Shown here: positions 1 to 9,584 of the stretch, one piece after another
Layout of the letters: the number at the start of each line of letters is the position of its first letter
Numbering within the stretch: the stretch's first letter is position 1
NCBI GenBank assembly: GCA_002293685.1
Contig: DBDS01000007.1
Location: 108,410 to 159,105, forward strand
Direction: 5' to 3'
DNA from: Patescibacteria group bacterium UBA926
Lineage (GTDB): Bacteria > Patescibacteriota > Doudnabacteria > UBA920
DNA: 50,696 nt
Notes under the pieces: model-generated
Databases searched by the model: none
What the model was told of the DNA's origin: nothing
The model's input: the letters and a program-made list of their open reading frames with translations, nothing else
Position numbers and translations under genes: made by a program

Positions 1-172
1 CCGCACAAATCGGGGTAGAGGGGACTGTGGTAAAAATTTAAAATAGTTTTTAATTTAATCCCCGCCGCAAGGCGGGGGGTTAACCTCACACGTCGTGTGA
101 AAAACTAACATAAAAAACAAGAGAAAAGCTAATTCATGATATAATATAGAAAACTTCAATTAGAAACAAAAC

Positions 173-721
173 GTGGAATTTTTCGGAACAATCACAGAAT
201 TATTTAAAACCTTCAACTGGCAAACGCCATCGTGGGATTTGTTTATTATCCTATTTTGGTTAGTCGCCAGTGTTATTTATGCGTTCTCGGCAGGCAGTGG
301 TAGAATCCTCACCATTCTTGTTAGTGTTTACATGGCTCAGCTGTTAGTAATTGAGATGCCATTCCTTTCACAAGCCGTTTCTGAGCGCGTGGAAATTACA
401 ACCGGAACCCTGCAACAGCTAGCTGCGTTCGGAGTTCTATTTATACTGCTATTTATTTTCTTGAGTCGTTACGCGTTTAAAACTTCGATCGATGGGAGAA
501 GATTCATGGCAATCGGTTTTGGTTTAGTATTCGCGGTACTCCAGATTGGGTTGCTAATTAACATAATTATTGGGTACTTGCCAGTCGAAGTTCAAAGTAA
601 CTTCTCAGGATTAGTCTCTTTGCTATTCTTGCATCCGAACAGCAATTTTGTCTGGTTGATATTGCCAGTGGCGTTCCTAATTTTCCTAGGAAGATTTATC
701 TCTGACCGAAGCGAAATGTAG
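173..721 (+). CDS. Hypothetical multi-pass membrane protein
   Basis: 182-aa ORF (GTG start) with about 5 hydrophobic segments; no motif recognised. Confidence 0.75.
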   Translation: MEFFGTITELFKTFNWQTPSWDLFIILFWLVASVIYAFSAGSGRILTILVSVYMAQLLVIEMPFLSQAVSERVEITTGTLQQLAAFGVLFILLFIFLSRYAFKTSIDGRRFMAIGFGLVFAVLQIGLLINIIIGYLPVEVQSNFSGLVSLLFLHPNSNFVWLILPVAFLIFLGRFISDRSEM

Positions 722-794
722 CCAACAATAACATTGACAAACAAGCCAAAAATAGCTATACTGATAAGCTATTTTTTATTAATTTAATTGATTT

Positions 795-3700
795 ATGTCA
801 TCCAATATTTCGGGAGAGAATAACAGTAATTACGGGTTCACACATCGGTTTGTGAATTATTTTCTCAAAAACACTCAGCTAACAGTGTTGTTATTTTTGA
901 TTTTAGTTATCGGGGGAGTCGGAGCTTTCTTCAGACTTCGTGTTGAAGGTTTCCCAGAAGTTCAAATTCCATTAGCAATAGTTACCACACCTGTTCCAGG
1001 AGCTGGACCGGATACTGTACGCAATACTGTCAGTAATCCTATCGAAACAGCTGTCCAAGATTTGCCAGGAGTCACTGAAACTTCATCTACTTCACAAGCC
1101 AATTTTTCGGTTGTAGTTATAAACTATAACAGTGGAGTGGATGTTAATTTAGCTATTCAAGAAGCGCGCACCAAAATTGATTCGCTAGATTTGCCCGAAG
1201 GTATTTCCCCGCAGTTAATTGTTCCAGAAATTAGCACTGCGCCATTTTACATTGCGGTGTCTGGTGGGACAGACTTGTTGTCGCTACGTGAGCAATCAGA
1301 AATCTTAAAAACAGAACTTGATACCATTAAAGCTGTTTCAAGTATCACAGAAATTTCTGGGATTGAAGATAATATTTACATAGAACTCGGTCCTCAATTT
1401 CAATCACCTCAAATCATCGATCAGATTCGCTCTGCAAATATTGGATTCCCATTAGGGGAAACTACAATCGATGGTAAACGTGTGCCTGTAGTTGCAAAAT
1501 CTTCGATTAGCAATCTAGAAGATATCCGAGCTATCCGGATTAATTTACCAGACGGTACTTCTGTTCAACTCGCTGATATTGCATCGGTATATCTTGGCGT
1601 AGATTATGGGGACAAAGTTCATCGTGTTGGTTTTTATTTCGAACAGCAAAATCAATTTAAGATTCAACCAGCTTTATTGTATGAAGTCGCAGTAGAGGAC
1701 GGCACTGATTTATTGGCGATTAACGATGAAGTCAAAGAAGCTGTAGTCAAATCCAATGAAAAAAGTAATAGCGCTGATTTTGCCATTGTTCTCAACATGG
1801 CCGATCAATCACAGGCTCAGGTAGATGAAATTGTAGCCGGCGCGATTGGTGGTAAGTGGGGCGATGGTCCTATCGGGTATGTTGGTTACTTGTTTGGTGG
1901 TGCTTGGTTGTTGCTTATTGTGATGTTATTTTTCTTGGATTGGCGCACCGCCTTGATTTCACTTTTGTCTATTCCTTTGTCGTTTTTGTTCACATTCTTA
2001 GTATTGGCAATTTTTGGAATCCAATTAAACACTTTAGTTTTATTTTCTTTAGTTCTAGTGCTTGGTCTGATTGTGGATCCTGCTATTGTGGTACTTGAAT
2101 CGATCCGTAGATATATGGATGTGGGTGAAAAAGGCGAAAGAGCTGTATTGCGAGCTGTAGATGTTGTGGGTCTTGGTCTGTTTGTAGCCACTCTAACCTC
2201 GTTGATTGTGTTCTTACCATTTGCTGTTGTTTCTGGAACATTTGGACAGTTAATTATTTACATCCCTTACACTGTATTCCCAGCAGTGATTGCATCATAC
2301 TTCATCCCGTTGATGTTCTTAACTTGGCTTGGTTCGAAGTATATTAAACCAACCAAAGGCCAAGAATTGAAAGATGAAGATGATATTCATACACTTTGGC
2401 CAGTAGCTCGTTGGTTAATTAACTTCAACCAAAAAATTGTGAACCGCCGATGGGCCTCAATTTTAACAGTGGTTGCAGGAATTGTAGTACCGATTGTAAT
2501 TACTGGCGTGTTGTTCTCTGCAGGACAAATCCGTCAGGTACAGTTTAGTCAACCCGATGATTCTGAATATATCCAACTATCTATTCCTCGAGAACCAAAT
2601 CAAACTTACCGTGATTTACAAATCACTGCCACTGGTGTGGAAGAGGTCCTAAAGCCTTTCGCGGGTGAAATCAGGTCTTTCTTCTATCAAGACATTGAAG
2701 GTGGTTTATCCAGCCAAACCTTGAGTGTATTCATCGAACTTCAACCGCTGGAAGAACGTTCACGTAAGAGTCCAGCAATTACCGAGGACATAGAAGACGA
2801 ACTCAAATCTCGGTTTGGAGAGAAGGCGATGGCCAGTGAATTAGCTGCTGGTCCTCCAAGTGGCGCGTTCCCGGTTAGTGTTCAAATTTTTGATGAGAGT
2901 ATTGATAGTCTCAGATCGGCGAGCGTTAGAATTGCTGACGAACTTCGTAGCTACGAGGAAATTGATTTTGTTAGCACCGACTTCGATAACCAAAGCGTAG
3001 AATTAGATATTGTAGTGGATGAAGCTAAGGCTGTTTCTGCGGGATTATCTGCACCGGCAATTTATGGACAAATTGCAACTCTATTAGGAGAAAGCAATTT
3101 ATTTAGAGTGGAGGATACAGCTGTAATCGTTCGAGTTCCCGAAGACACAAAGCCTGCGACAAAAGACGCGCTTCTTTCGAGTGTGGTGTTTGGTGCGAAT
3201 GGGCCAGTGCGTTTGGGTGATGTCGCTGTGGTTAACGAAACAGTGCTTCCGTCGTCGGTCCGTAGTTTAGGCGGCGAACGTTATGCTGCCGTGAGTGCAA
3301 CCCTTAAAGATTCCAGGGACGCTATCAATGTACAACGCAGGATCACAGATTGGGCGAAAGCCAACACAGCTACTTTGGGCGTTAATGATAGAGCCTTCGA
3401 AGAAAGAGCTGGTGTGAATGAATTTGAAAAATCATTCCAAGAATTATTTATGGCAATATTCGCAGCATTGCTAATCACTTATATTGCATTAGTAATTTTG
3501 TTCAGAAGTTTTGCTCAGCCATTCATTATCCTTTATTCAGTACCATTAGTCTTGATTGGTGTATTCCCAGCGCTCGCAATTTTCAACAATGGTCAGTTCG
3601 GATTCTTAGAAACTATCGGGATTCTGATGGTAATTGGTATTGTTGAAAACGTTGGTATCTTTATGATTGACTATGCGAACCGTAAAGTTCGCGCTGGTAT

Positions 3701-4055
3701 GGATAAGGGAGAAGCAATTGTATTGGCTTCTGGTATCCGTCTTCGCCCGATCATTCTAACTAATGTTACAACCCTAGCAGGATTATTACCTTTAGCTGTT
3801 TTCTCTCCTTTCTGGAGGGGATTGGCTCTAGTGGTCGTGTTTGGAATTTTAAGTTCAGGAATCTTATCATTATTCACAACTCCTGTGTTGTACAAATGGT
3901 TAACACGCGTGAAAAAGTCTGATGGCGAACCTCTATCTGTTGAACCAATCACTTCTGAGTCCGAATCGAATAGTCCAGCACCAGTTGATTTTCCTGGAAG
4001 TGCCTCTATTCACAATTACCCAACACAGCTTCCGCCAAACTTGCCAACACTATAA
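795..4055 (+). CDS. RND efflux transporter permease (AcrB/AcrD/AcrF family)
   Basis: 1086 aa; FPEVQIP and GAGPDTV N-terminal motifs, GLIVDPAIVVLE in TM4, RLRPIILT motif, two TM bundles; TTGACA...TATACT promoter upstream. Confidence 0.92.
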   Translation: MSSNISGENNSNYGFTHRFVNYFLKNTQLTVLLFLILVIGGVGAFFRLRVEGFPEVQIPLAIVTTPVPGAGPDTVRNTVSNPIETAVQDLPGVTETSSTSQANFSVVVINYNSGVDVNLAIQEARTKIDSLDLPEGISPQLIVPEISTAPFYIAVSGGTDLLSLREQSEILKTELDTIKAVSSITEISGIEDNIYIELGPQFQSPQIIDQIRSANIGFPLGETTIDGKRVPVVAKSSISNLEDIRAIRINLPDGTSVQLADIASVYLGVDYGDKVHRVGFYFEQQNQFKIQPALLYEVAVEDGTDLLAINDEVKEAVVKSNEKSNSADFAIVLNMADQSQAQVDEIVAGAIGGKWGDGPIGYVGYLFGGAWLLLIVMLFFLDWRTALISLLSIPLSFLFTFLVLAIFGIQLNTLVLFSLVLVLGLIVDPAIVVLESIRRYMDVGEKGERAVLRAVDVVGLGLFVATLTSLIVFLPFAVVSGTFGQLIIYIPYTVFPAVIASYFIPLMFLTWLGSKYIKPTKGQELKDEDDIHTLWPVARWLINFNQKIVNRRWASILTVVAGIVVPIVITGVLFSAGQIRQVQFSQPDDSEYIQLSIPREPNQTYRDLQITATGVEEVLKPFAGEIRSFFYQDIEGGLSSQTLSVFIELQPLEERSRKSPAITEDIEDELKSRFGEKAMASELAAGPPSGAFPVSVQIFDESIDSLRSASVRIADELRSYEEIDFVSTDFDNQSVELDIVVDEAKAVSAGLSAPAIYGQIATLLGESNLFRVEDTAVIVRVPEDTKPATKDALLSSVVFGANGPVRLGDVAVVNETVLPSSVRSLGGERYAAVSATLKDSRDAINVQRRITDWAKANTATLGVNDRAFEERAGVNEFEKSFQELFMAIFAALLITYIALVILFRSFAQPFIILYSVPLVLIGVFPALAIFNNGQFGFLETIGILMVIGIVENVGIFMIDYANRKVRAGMDKGEAIVLASGIRLRPIILTNVTTLAGLLPLAVFSPFWRGLALVVVFGILSSGILSLFTTPVLYKWLTRVKKSDGEPLSVEPITSESESNSPAPVDFPGSASIHNYPTQLPPNLPTL

Positions 4056-4060
4056 ATTAT

Positions 4061-4097
4061 AAAACTCCGTCCCTCGATAAGCTCAGGACGGAGTTTT
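4061..4097. terminator. Bidirectional intrinsic terminator
   Basis: AAAACTCCGTCC...GGACGGAGTTTT between convergent genes. Confidence 0.75.
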
Positions 4098-5034
4098 AAT
4101 TTTGCCAACGGGCGAATATCCCTGTCGAAATTTCTCTGTGCGTTATATCTTTGTTGTGTGGGGATTTAATCTGATGTTTGAGTGTAATTTCTCCTGCTTC
4201 GATTTTACCTCCGCGTTCGGCAAAAGCGTCTTCGGCAAGGTTATTCAATGATAAAGCTGAAGCATTGGTTGCATAACCATTGATTAGCAAAAACTTCGCG
4301 TCGTCGGATAATAAATTTACACAAGTATCTAAAAGAATCGGTAAATCGCGATTGAACTTCCAGGTTTTGCCAGTAGGGGAATGCCCGAAAGCTGGCGGGT
4401 CCATGATAATGCCATCATATTTTTGACCGCGTTTTAGTTCTCTTTGAGCAAATTTGAGCGCGTCGTCGAGTATCCAGCGAATACTTTCTGGCGGGAATTT
4501 GTTAAGCGCTTGATTTTCTTTCGCCCATGCGATGGCTGGCTTACTTGCATCGACATGAGTAACTGAATGTCCTAAACGGGTGAGGACCATAGTTGCGCCG
4601 CCAGTGTACGCAAATAAATTTAAAATTCTTAACGGACCACCAATATTTTCCCCTCCTACCGTCGAAGACGGATAGGAGGGGTGTCCGAAGGACGGGGTGG
4701 TTAGTTCTGTAAACCATTCCCAATTTGCAGCCTGTTCGGCAAAAATTCCTGTATGTTTGAACGGAGTGAGTTTGGCAACAAATTTAATATCAGGACGGAA
4801 ATAAACTTCCCATTGGGTGGCAAGACCCGGTCTTTTGTTCCAGCGCCCTTTTTCACCGGAGCCAACGAATTCAGCATCGACGTTATCCCACTCACTTTGC
4901 GGTAAACTTGGTTGCCAGATGATTTGTGGATCGGGGCGTTTGAGTCTGATATTACTCCAACGCTCAAGACGGTATCCGTTTCCGGAATCTAAAAGTTCGA
5001 AGTCTAGAAATTGGTCGAAAGTTTTATATATCAT
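4096..5034 (-). CDS. Class I SAM-dependent methyltransferase (RlmI/RlmK-like) with an in-frame palindrome insertion
   Basis: LLDSGNGYRLERW, FKHTGIFAEQ, LNLFAYTGG and IMDPPAFG motifs; extra segment TTPSFGHPSYPSSTVGGE. Confidence 0.88.
   Translation of the reverse strand: MIYKTFDQFLDFELLDSGNGYRLERWSNIRLKRPDPQIIWQPSLPQSEWDNVDAEFVGSGEKGRWNKRPGLATQWEVYFRPDIKFVAKLTPFKHTGIFAEQAANWEWFTELTTPSFGHPSYPSSTVGGENIGGPLRILNLFAYTGGATMVLTRLGHSVTHVDASKPAIAWAKENQALNKFPPESIRWILDDALKFAQRELKRGQKYDGIIMDPPAFGHSPTGKTWKFNRDLPILLDTCVNLLSDDAKFLLINGYATNASALSLNNLAEDAFAERGGKIEAGEITLKHQIKSPHNKDITHREISTGIFARWQN
4650..4702 (+). repeat. CCCCTCCT/AGGAGGGG palindromic element inside a CDS
   Basis: CCCCTCCT-x-AGGAGGGG-TG-TCCGAAGGA-CGGGGTGG; same layout as 10696-10736. 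Confidence 0.75.
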
Positions 5035-5084
5035 AAAATTATGATAGCATATGGGTAATAAACAATATAAAATAAATAAATCTT

Positions 5085-6128
5085 ATGAATAAAAAAATGC
5101 TATTTGGTTTAGTGGCAGTTGTTACTTTATTGATGACTTCGCATCCAGTAGTGATTTCTGCAGAAACAATAGTATCTACTCCTTCTGTAGATTACGGTAA
5201 AAATATAATCGTAAATGGTACTGTTTATACAATTCTTAAAGAGAACGGTAAGAAGGTTAAGCGACCTTATACTTCGGAGGGAGCATTTTTATCTTACAGT
5301 TTTAATAAGTGGAGTAATGTAGTTTCAGCTAGTTTCGAAGAGACTAATTTACCCACTGGCTCATTCATACCACCTCGTGACGGTACTATTATGTGTTCAG
5401 ATAGATGGCCAGACCAAGGCACATGTTACTTGGTGACAGATAGTAAGAAAGCTGGGTTTACAAATGAGAACGCTTTTTATTCCGGCGGCTATAGTTATCA
5501 ATGGGCTTTATATGGTGATGTATCATTTTTACAAAGCGCAACTCACATAGAAAATGGTTCGGAAATGCGACGAGCAGGTTCAATCTTGAGTTGGAATAAT
5601 GTAATTTATTTGATTACAAATGCTGGTATTAAAGAAATTCCAAACACTGAAATTTTAGAATCTTGGGGGTACTGGCCACAAGAAGCTCTAATTGCAAATA
5701 GTTCAGATTGGAAATTTGCAAAAGCTGGGACTATGACCAAAAGAAATAGCTATGAAATACGTCCTGATTTAGGTAAGACCAAGGAAATTCAGGATCTCAA
5801 TGAACTAAAAATTGTAACAAGTAGTTTACCTACCGCGATTGCAGGTCAGCCATATTCGCAAAGTTTAAAAGCTAGTGGTGGAACCAAACCTTATCGATGG
5901 TCTACTGAAGATACTAATTATCCTTCAGGTTGTTGTGTCCTCGGCTTGAGCGGACAATCAGGTGGCAGTTCCGATTACTATGGAATGTATGAACCTGTTG
6001 TATTCAATACTCAGACAAGTGACTTCGTTCTAAGTAACCATATTGGGACATATTATTGGACGTTTGTAGTTACTGATGCAAATGGCAAACAGGCAAGAAA
6101 GACATTAAACTTAAAGATTATCCAATAG
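5085..6128 (+). CDS. Secreted/surface protein with a C-terminal putative Ig-like domain
   Basis: Signal peptide; LPTAIAGQPYSQSLKASGGTKPYRW...FVVTDANG Ig-like pattern. Confidence 0.75.
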   Translation: MNKKMLFGLVAVVTLLMTSHPVVISAETIVSTPSVDYGKNIIVNGTVYTILKENGKKVKRPYTSEGAFLSYSFNKWSNVVSASFEETNLPTGSFIPPRDGTIMCSDRWPDQGTCYLVTDSKKAGFTNENAFYSGGYSYQWALYGDVSFLQSATHIENGSEMRRAGSILSWNNVIYLITNAGIKEIPNTEILESWGYWPQEALIANSSDWKFAKAGTMTKRNSYEIRPDLGKTKEIQDLNELKIVTSSLPTAIAGQPYSQSLKASGGTKPYRWSTEDTNYPSGCCVLGLSGQSGGSSDYYGMYEPVVFNTQTSDFVLSNHIGTYYWTFVVTDANGKQARKTLNLKIIQ

Positions 6129-6198
6129 ATTATTCTTTTAAGTTTTATAGTTTTTGATGCTGAATACATAAAATCCCGAACAAGTCGGGATTTTATTA

Positions 6199-6365
6199 TG
6201 GTGGGTCCGGTGGGGCTTCCGCGTTGGCTTTCTTCTGAAAGCCTCCTTGCCCTGGGTTGCGAGAAACTACTCCCAGCAGTTTCTCGATCGCTCGGTTTCA
6301 GTTTTCTTTGCAGGGAAAACTTCACCTCGCTTCAACCCGTTCTCGCTCATCAAGCCCACCAATAA
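6199..6365 (-). ncRNA. Structured element downstream of tRNA-Lys, ending in a duplicated tRNA 3' end
   Basis: 19-bp copy of the tRNA 3' end at 6199-6217; linkers conserved and stems covarying relative to 46839-46975. Confidence 0.6.
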
Positions 6366-6395
6366 TAAAACACCTCTGACGAGATGATTTATTAT

Positions 6396-6407
6396 TGGTG
6401 GGTCCGG
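6396..6407 (-). repeat. Second copy of the tRNA-Lys 3' end
   Basis: TGGTGGGTCCGG identical to 6547-6558, followed on the - strand by a terminator-like hairpin. Confidence 0.7.
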
Positions 6408-6546
6408 GGCCGTTCGCGTTGACGCGCTCCGGCATTCCCTCTATTATTTCCACCTTGCGGAGGAAATAAATTATTGTTGGTCAGGGCTCTTCTCGCCCCA
6501 CTACTACAGACCAATAAAAAATCCCGAATGAATCGGAATTTTTTAT

Positions 6547-6622
6547 TGGTGGGTCCGGTGGGGCTCGAACCCACGACAAATGGCTTAAAAGGCCACTGCT
6601 CTACCAGCTGAGCTACGGACCC
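6547..6622 (-). tRNA. tRNA-Lys(UUU)
   Basis: GGGTCCGTAGCTCAGCTGGTAGAGCAGTGGCCTTTTAAGCCATTTGTCGTGGGTTCGAGCCCCACCGGACCCACCA; 76 nt with encoded CCA. Confidence 0.97.
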
Positions 6623-6742
6623 AATCGACAGTCTAAACTGTTCAGATTCGGTTGCTCGGTTTAGATACTCACACATTCTACAATAAATGGGAGTTTTTTT
6701 CAAGACCCTGTGGTGTTATACTTAGAATGTAATATTTGAAAA

Positions 6743-7966
6743 ATGAAACAAAAACAAGTTATTGTAATCGGAGCTGGGTTTGGGGGAGTGAGGGCTGCTT
6801 TAGATTTGTCTAAAAATCCAGAGTTATCGGTTACTATTATTGACCAGTATCCATATCATAGCGTCCACGGCCAACTTTATGAGGTAGCAACTAGCCCAAC
6901 TGAACTAACTGCAATGCCAGAGTTAAAACGAAGTGTGGAGTTGCCATTGTTACAAATTTTTAAAAATAGTCCTGTGAAGATTGTTACAGCAAAGGTTGTA
7001 GATATTAAATTTGCATCAAAAACAGTTATTGTGGATAAGCCTTACTCGTACGATTATTTAGTGTGTGCTTTGGGTAGTCAGCCAAACTTCTTTTCAATTC
7101 CAGGTGCCAGTGAACATGCTTGGCATTTTTCATCTGGCTATGATGCTTTAAAAATTCGAGGTGAGATTGAATCCACAATTGCATTGGCAAAAAATAACCT
7201 CAGAAAAAAAGATGTTCAGATTGTGATTGCAGGCGGTGGAGTTGCCGGTGTAGAAGTTGCCGCTGAATTGCACGGTATGTTAAATTATTTATCTTGGCGA
7301 GAAAATTATCCTCGCCATAAAATTGTAACCACTTTGATTGATAGAAGCGAAGCTATGCTTTCTATGTTTCCAAAAGAGGTTCAAGAAATTGCACACCAAA
7401 GGTTGGAAGAGCTAGGTGTTGTTTTGGATACCGGTGTTTCTATTGAGAGTATCTCTAAACACGAGCTTCAGACTAGTGATGGTGTTAAGGAATTTGATGT
7501 ACTCATTTGGGCGGCTGGTGTTCGCGCGAACCCTTTACCAACAAGTGAATCTGTCTCTGTGAAGAAAGGGGATAGAGTAGAAGTTGATGCGCAGTTTAAG
7601 TTAGTAGGACAACCTGATGTATTTGTGCTCGGGGATCAATGCGCTCGAGCGGAAGATGGTGGAGTTAATCCTTTACCAGGGACAGCGAGTCAGGCAATCC
7701 GTCAGGCAAAATATGTTGCGACTGCGATTAAGGCATTGGCAAAAAATCAACAACCTCCATTATTCACTTGCCAAAGTCTTCCATATATAATTCCACTCGG
7801 TCCGAAGTGGGCGATATTTTACAGTAAAAGAAAAGTGGTTAAAGGCTATTTAGGTTATTTAATCCGACAGGTTGTTTGGTTTAAATATTACATTTCAATT
7901 TTAGGATTTACAAAAGGCATACACTGGCTACTTCGCACTAGCGAGTTATTTAAACGGAATGATTAA
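6743..7966 (+). CDS. NAD(P)/FAD-dependent oxidoreductase (type II NADH dehydrogenase family)
   Basis: VIGAGFGG, YDYLVCALGS, GGGVAGVEVAAEL and VFVLGD motifs. Confidence 0.88.
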   Translation: MKQKQVIVIGAGFGGVRAALDLSKNPELSVTIIDQYPYHSVHGQLYEVATSPTELTAMPELKRSVELPLLQIFKNSPVKIVTAKVVDIKFASKTVIVDKPYSYDYLVCALGSQPNFFSIPGASEHAWHFSSGYDALKIRGEIESTIALAKNNLRKKDVQIVIAGGGVAGVEVAAELHGMLNYLSWRENYPRHKIVTTLIDRSEAMLSMFPKEVQEIAHQRLEELGVVLDTGVSIESISKHELQTSDGVKEFDVLIWAAGVRANPLPTSESVSVKKGDRVEVDAQFKLVGQPDVFVLGDQCARAEDGGVNPLPGTASQAIRQAKYVATAIKALAKNQQPPLFTCQSLPYIIPLGPKWAIFYSKRKVVKGYLGYLIRQVVWFKYYISILGFTKGIHWLLRTSELFKRND

Positions 7967-8638
7967 ATGAAAGCTTATCACGATTACATTCTTAAATTAC
8001 GTCACGCTTCGCAGTTTGCATTGATTTTAGCTGTGTTTATTTTGTCATTGGTTGGCTACGCTTATTTTGTAACCACTCCATATTTTGCCGTTGTAGAAAG
8101 TTGGGCTCAAAGTAACTTTTGGACCCTCGTTGTATTTTTATTGATATTGAAAATAGTAGGAATCATTTGGCCTCCTTTGCCAGGTGTTGTTCCATTGATA
8201 GGCGCAATTCCAATTATTGGCTGGCCAGCTGCCTTTTTCATTGACCTTGTTGGCTACATGATAGGTTCAATTATTGCATTTTTTTTAGCTCGAAAATATG
8301 GACTGAACATAATCAAAAAGTTATTTGGTAATGCGGGTGTAAATAGTGTGAAAAAAATTCGCATCAAACCTCATAGACAACTGGAAGCAATTACTTTGAT
8401 GAAAATATTTGGTGGTGGAATCGGCGAGTTTATAAGTTATGCAGCTGGAATTACAAATATAAAATTTTATAATTTTTTCTGGGGAAGTGTTATAGCTAGT
8501 GTGGTTGTCGGTATTCCCTTGTTTTATTTTTTCGATTTTGCCTTATCGCAAAATAATTTATTATTCGCTTTGGTGCCGCTTGGCTTTGGTGCACTGCTGT
8601 TCTATGTGCTCCGTGATAGATATTTTGATCTTAAATAA
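7967..8638 (+). CDS. VTT-domain (DedA/TVP38/TMEM64) membrane protein
   Basis: PPLPG, GSIIAFFLARKYG and ISYAAG motifs; highly hydrophobic. Confidence 0.85.
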   Translation: MKAYHDYILKLRHASQFALILAVFILSLVGYAYFVTTPYFAVVESWAQSNFWTLVVFLLILKIVGIIWPPLPGVVPLIGAIPIIGWPAAFFIDLVGYMIGSIIAFFLARKYGLNIIKKLFGNAGVNSVKKIRIKPHRQLEAITLMKIFGGGIGEFISYAAGITNIKFYNFFWGSVIASVVVGIPLFYFFDFALSQNNLLFALVPLGFGALLFYVLRDRYFDLK

Positions 8639-8662
8639 AAAACCGCCAAATTATTCGGCGGT
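8638..8662. repeat. Direct repeat of the topA 3' end/terminator (partner at 9572-9596)
   Basis: AAAAACCGCC(A/G)AATTATTCGGCGGT, 24/25 identical. Confidence 0.75.
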
Positions 8663-8714
8663 AATTTCATTGAAAAAGGTGTCGAATGAGTTCGACACCT
8701 TTTATTGTTATAGT

Positions 8715-9476
8715 TTACCACTTTGCATTGCGATGTCTCTCAATGCGCTCTTTCTCTTTTTGAGTAAAGCCAGGCGTTACTCGTCTGTTTGCCCATTCTT
8801 CAGCGTATTTGGGTTGGTAGTCCCTTTTCCATGTCGCGATGTAATAATCGACCATCCAATCACATATCAGCTGAAATAATTTTGGCGAATCATTTTTAAC
8901 CAACTCGCTTAATTGTCTGTTTTTGGACTGGTAGAATGAGTATCCAATAGGGTGGGATACAGCCTTCTCAACGATGACTTTTCCAAATTTTGACAACCAG
9001 CCTTCCAGCTTGGCTACCCTCCACGCCTCGGCATACAGACAATCCTTATGCTTGAGCAGTTGTTTCATCAGGTCTTTGCGCAGACGTTCAGGAAGCTTGT
9101 CATGATATAGTTCATGAAATTGAATTGCCTCAGGCATGAATCGGGGAGTCATGATCAAGAAGCGAAATACGTCCATCAAAATTTCTTTTGTGGGATTCTT
9201 GCCGACGAAAGATGTCGCCATCCTCCATTTTCTATCGATCGCTAAGTCTAAGATCTTTCTTCGCATTGCATTGGATATCTTTAACCCGTCTAAATATAAA
9301 GCCTCAATTATGTTTCCTTTGAAACCATCCTGGAGCAAATGATCCATAATGGCGTCTGCATTGGTAGGCTCTATTTCTGTAGGGAAAAGTTTGGCTATGA
9401 TGAGAACCTCATCAAACATTTTGTCCTGCAAAAGTGAACAGAGAAATGGGTTTATCAGTGGCTTACTAAGCTTCAT
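8715..9476 (-). CDS. Hypothetical orphan protein
   Basis: ORF with GGAGG SD before ATG 9476, TTGACT-17-TATAAT promoter and its own terminator at about 8674-8703. Confidence 0.75.
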   Translation of the reverse strand: MKLSKPLINPFLCSLLQDKMFDEVLIIAKLFPTEIEPTNADAIMDHLLQDGFKGNIIEALYLDGLKISNAMRRKILDLAIDRKWRMATSFVGKNPTKEILMDVFRFLIMTPRFMPEAIQFHELYHDKLPERLRKDLMKQLLKHKDCLYAEAWRVAKLEGWLSKFGKVIVEKAVSHPIGYSFYQSKNRQLSELVKNDSPKLFQLICDWMVDYYIATWKRDYQPKYAEEWANRRVTPGFTQKEKERIERHRNAKW

Positions 9477-9584
9477 TTTAAAAACCTCCAAAAAGTTGTA
9501 TTTTTACTATTATACTATATTCTAAATAAAAAGTCAATATTTGTGATTTCTGGTATTTTTTAGGTAAAGTTAAAAACCGCCGAA

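Noticed and set aside
6053-6703. ORFs 6053-6325 and 6392-6703
   Set aside because: They overlap tRNA-Lys and its repeats; the shared GSSPTGPT-like peptides simply translate the tRNA 3' end.
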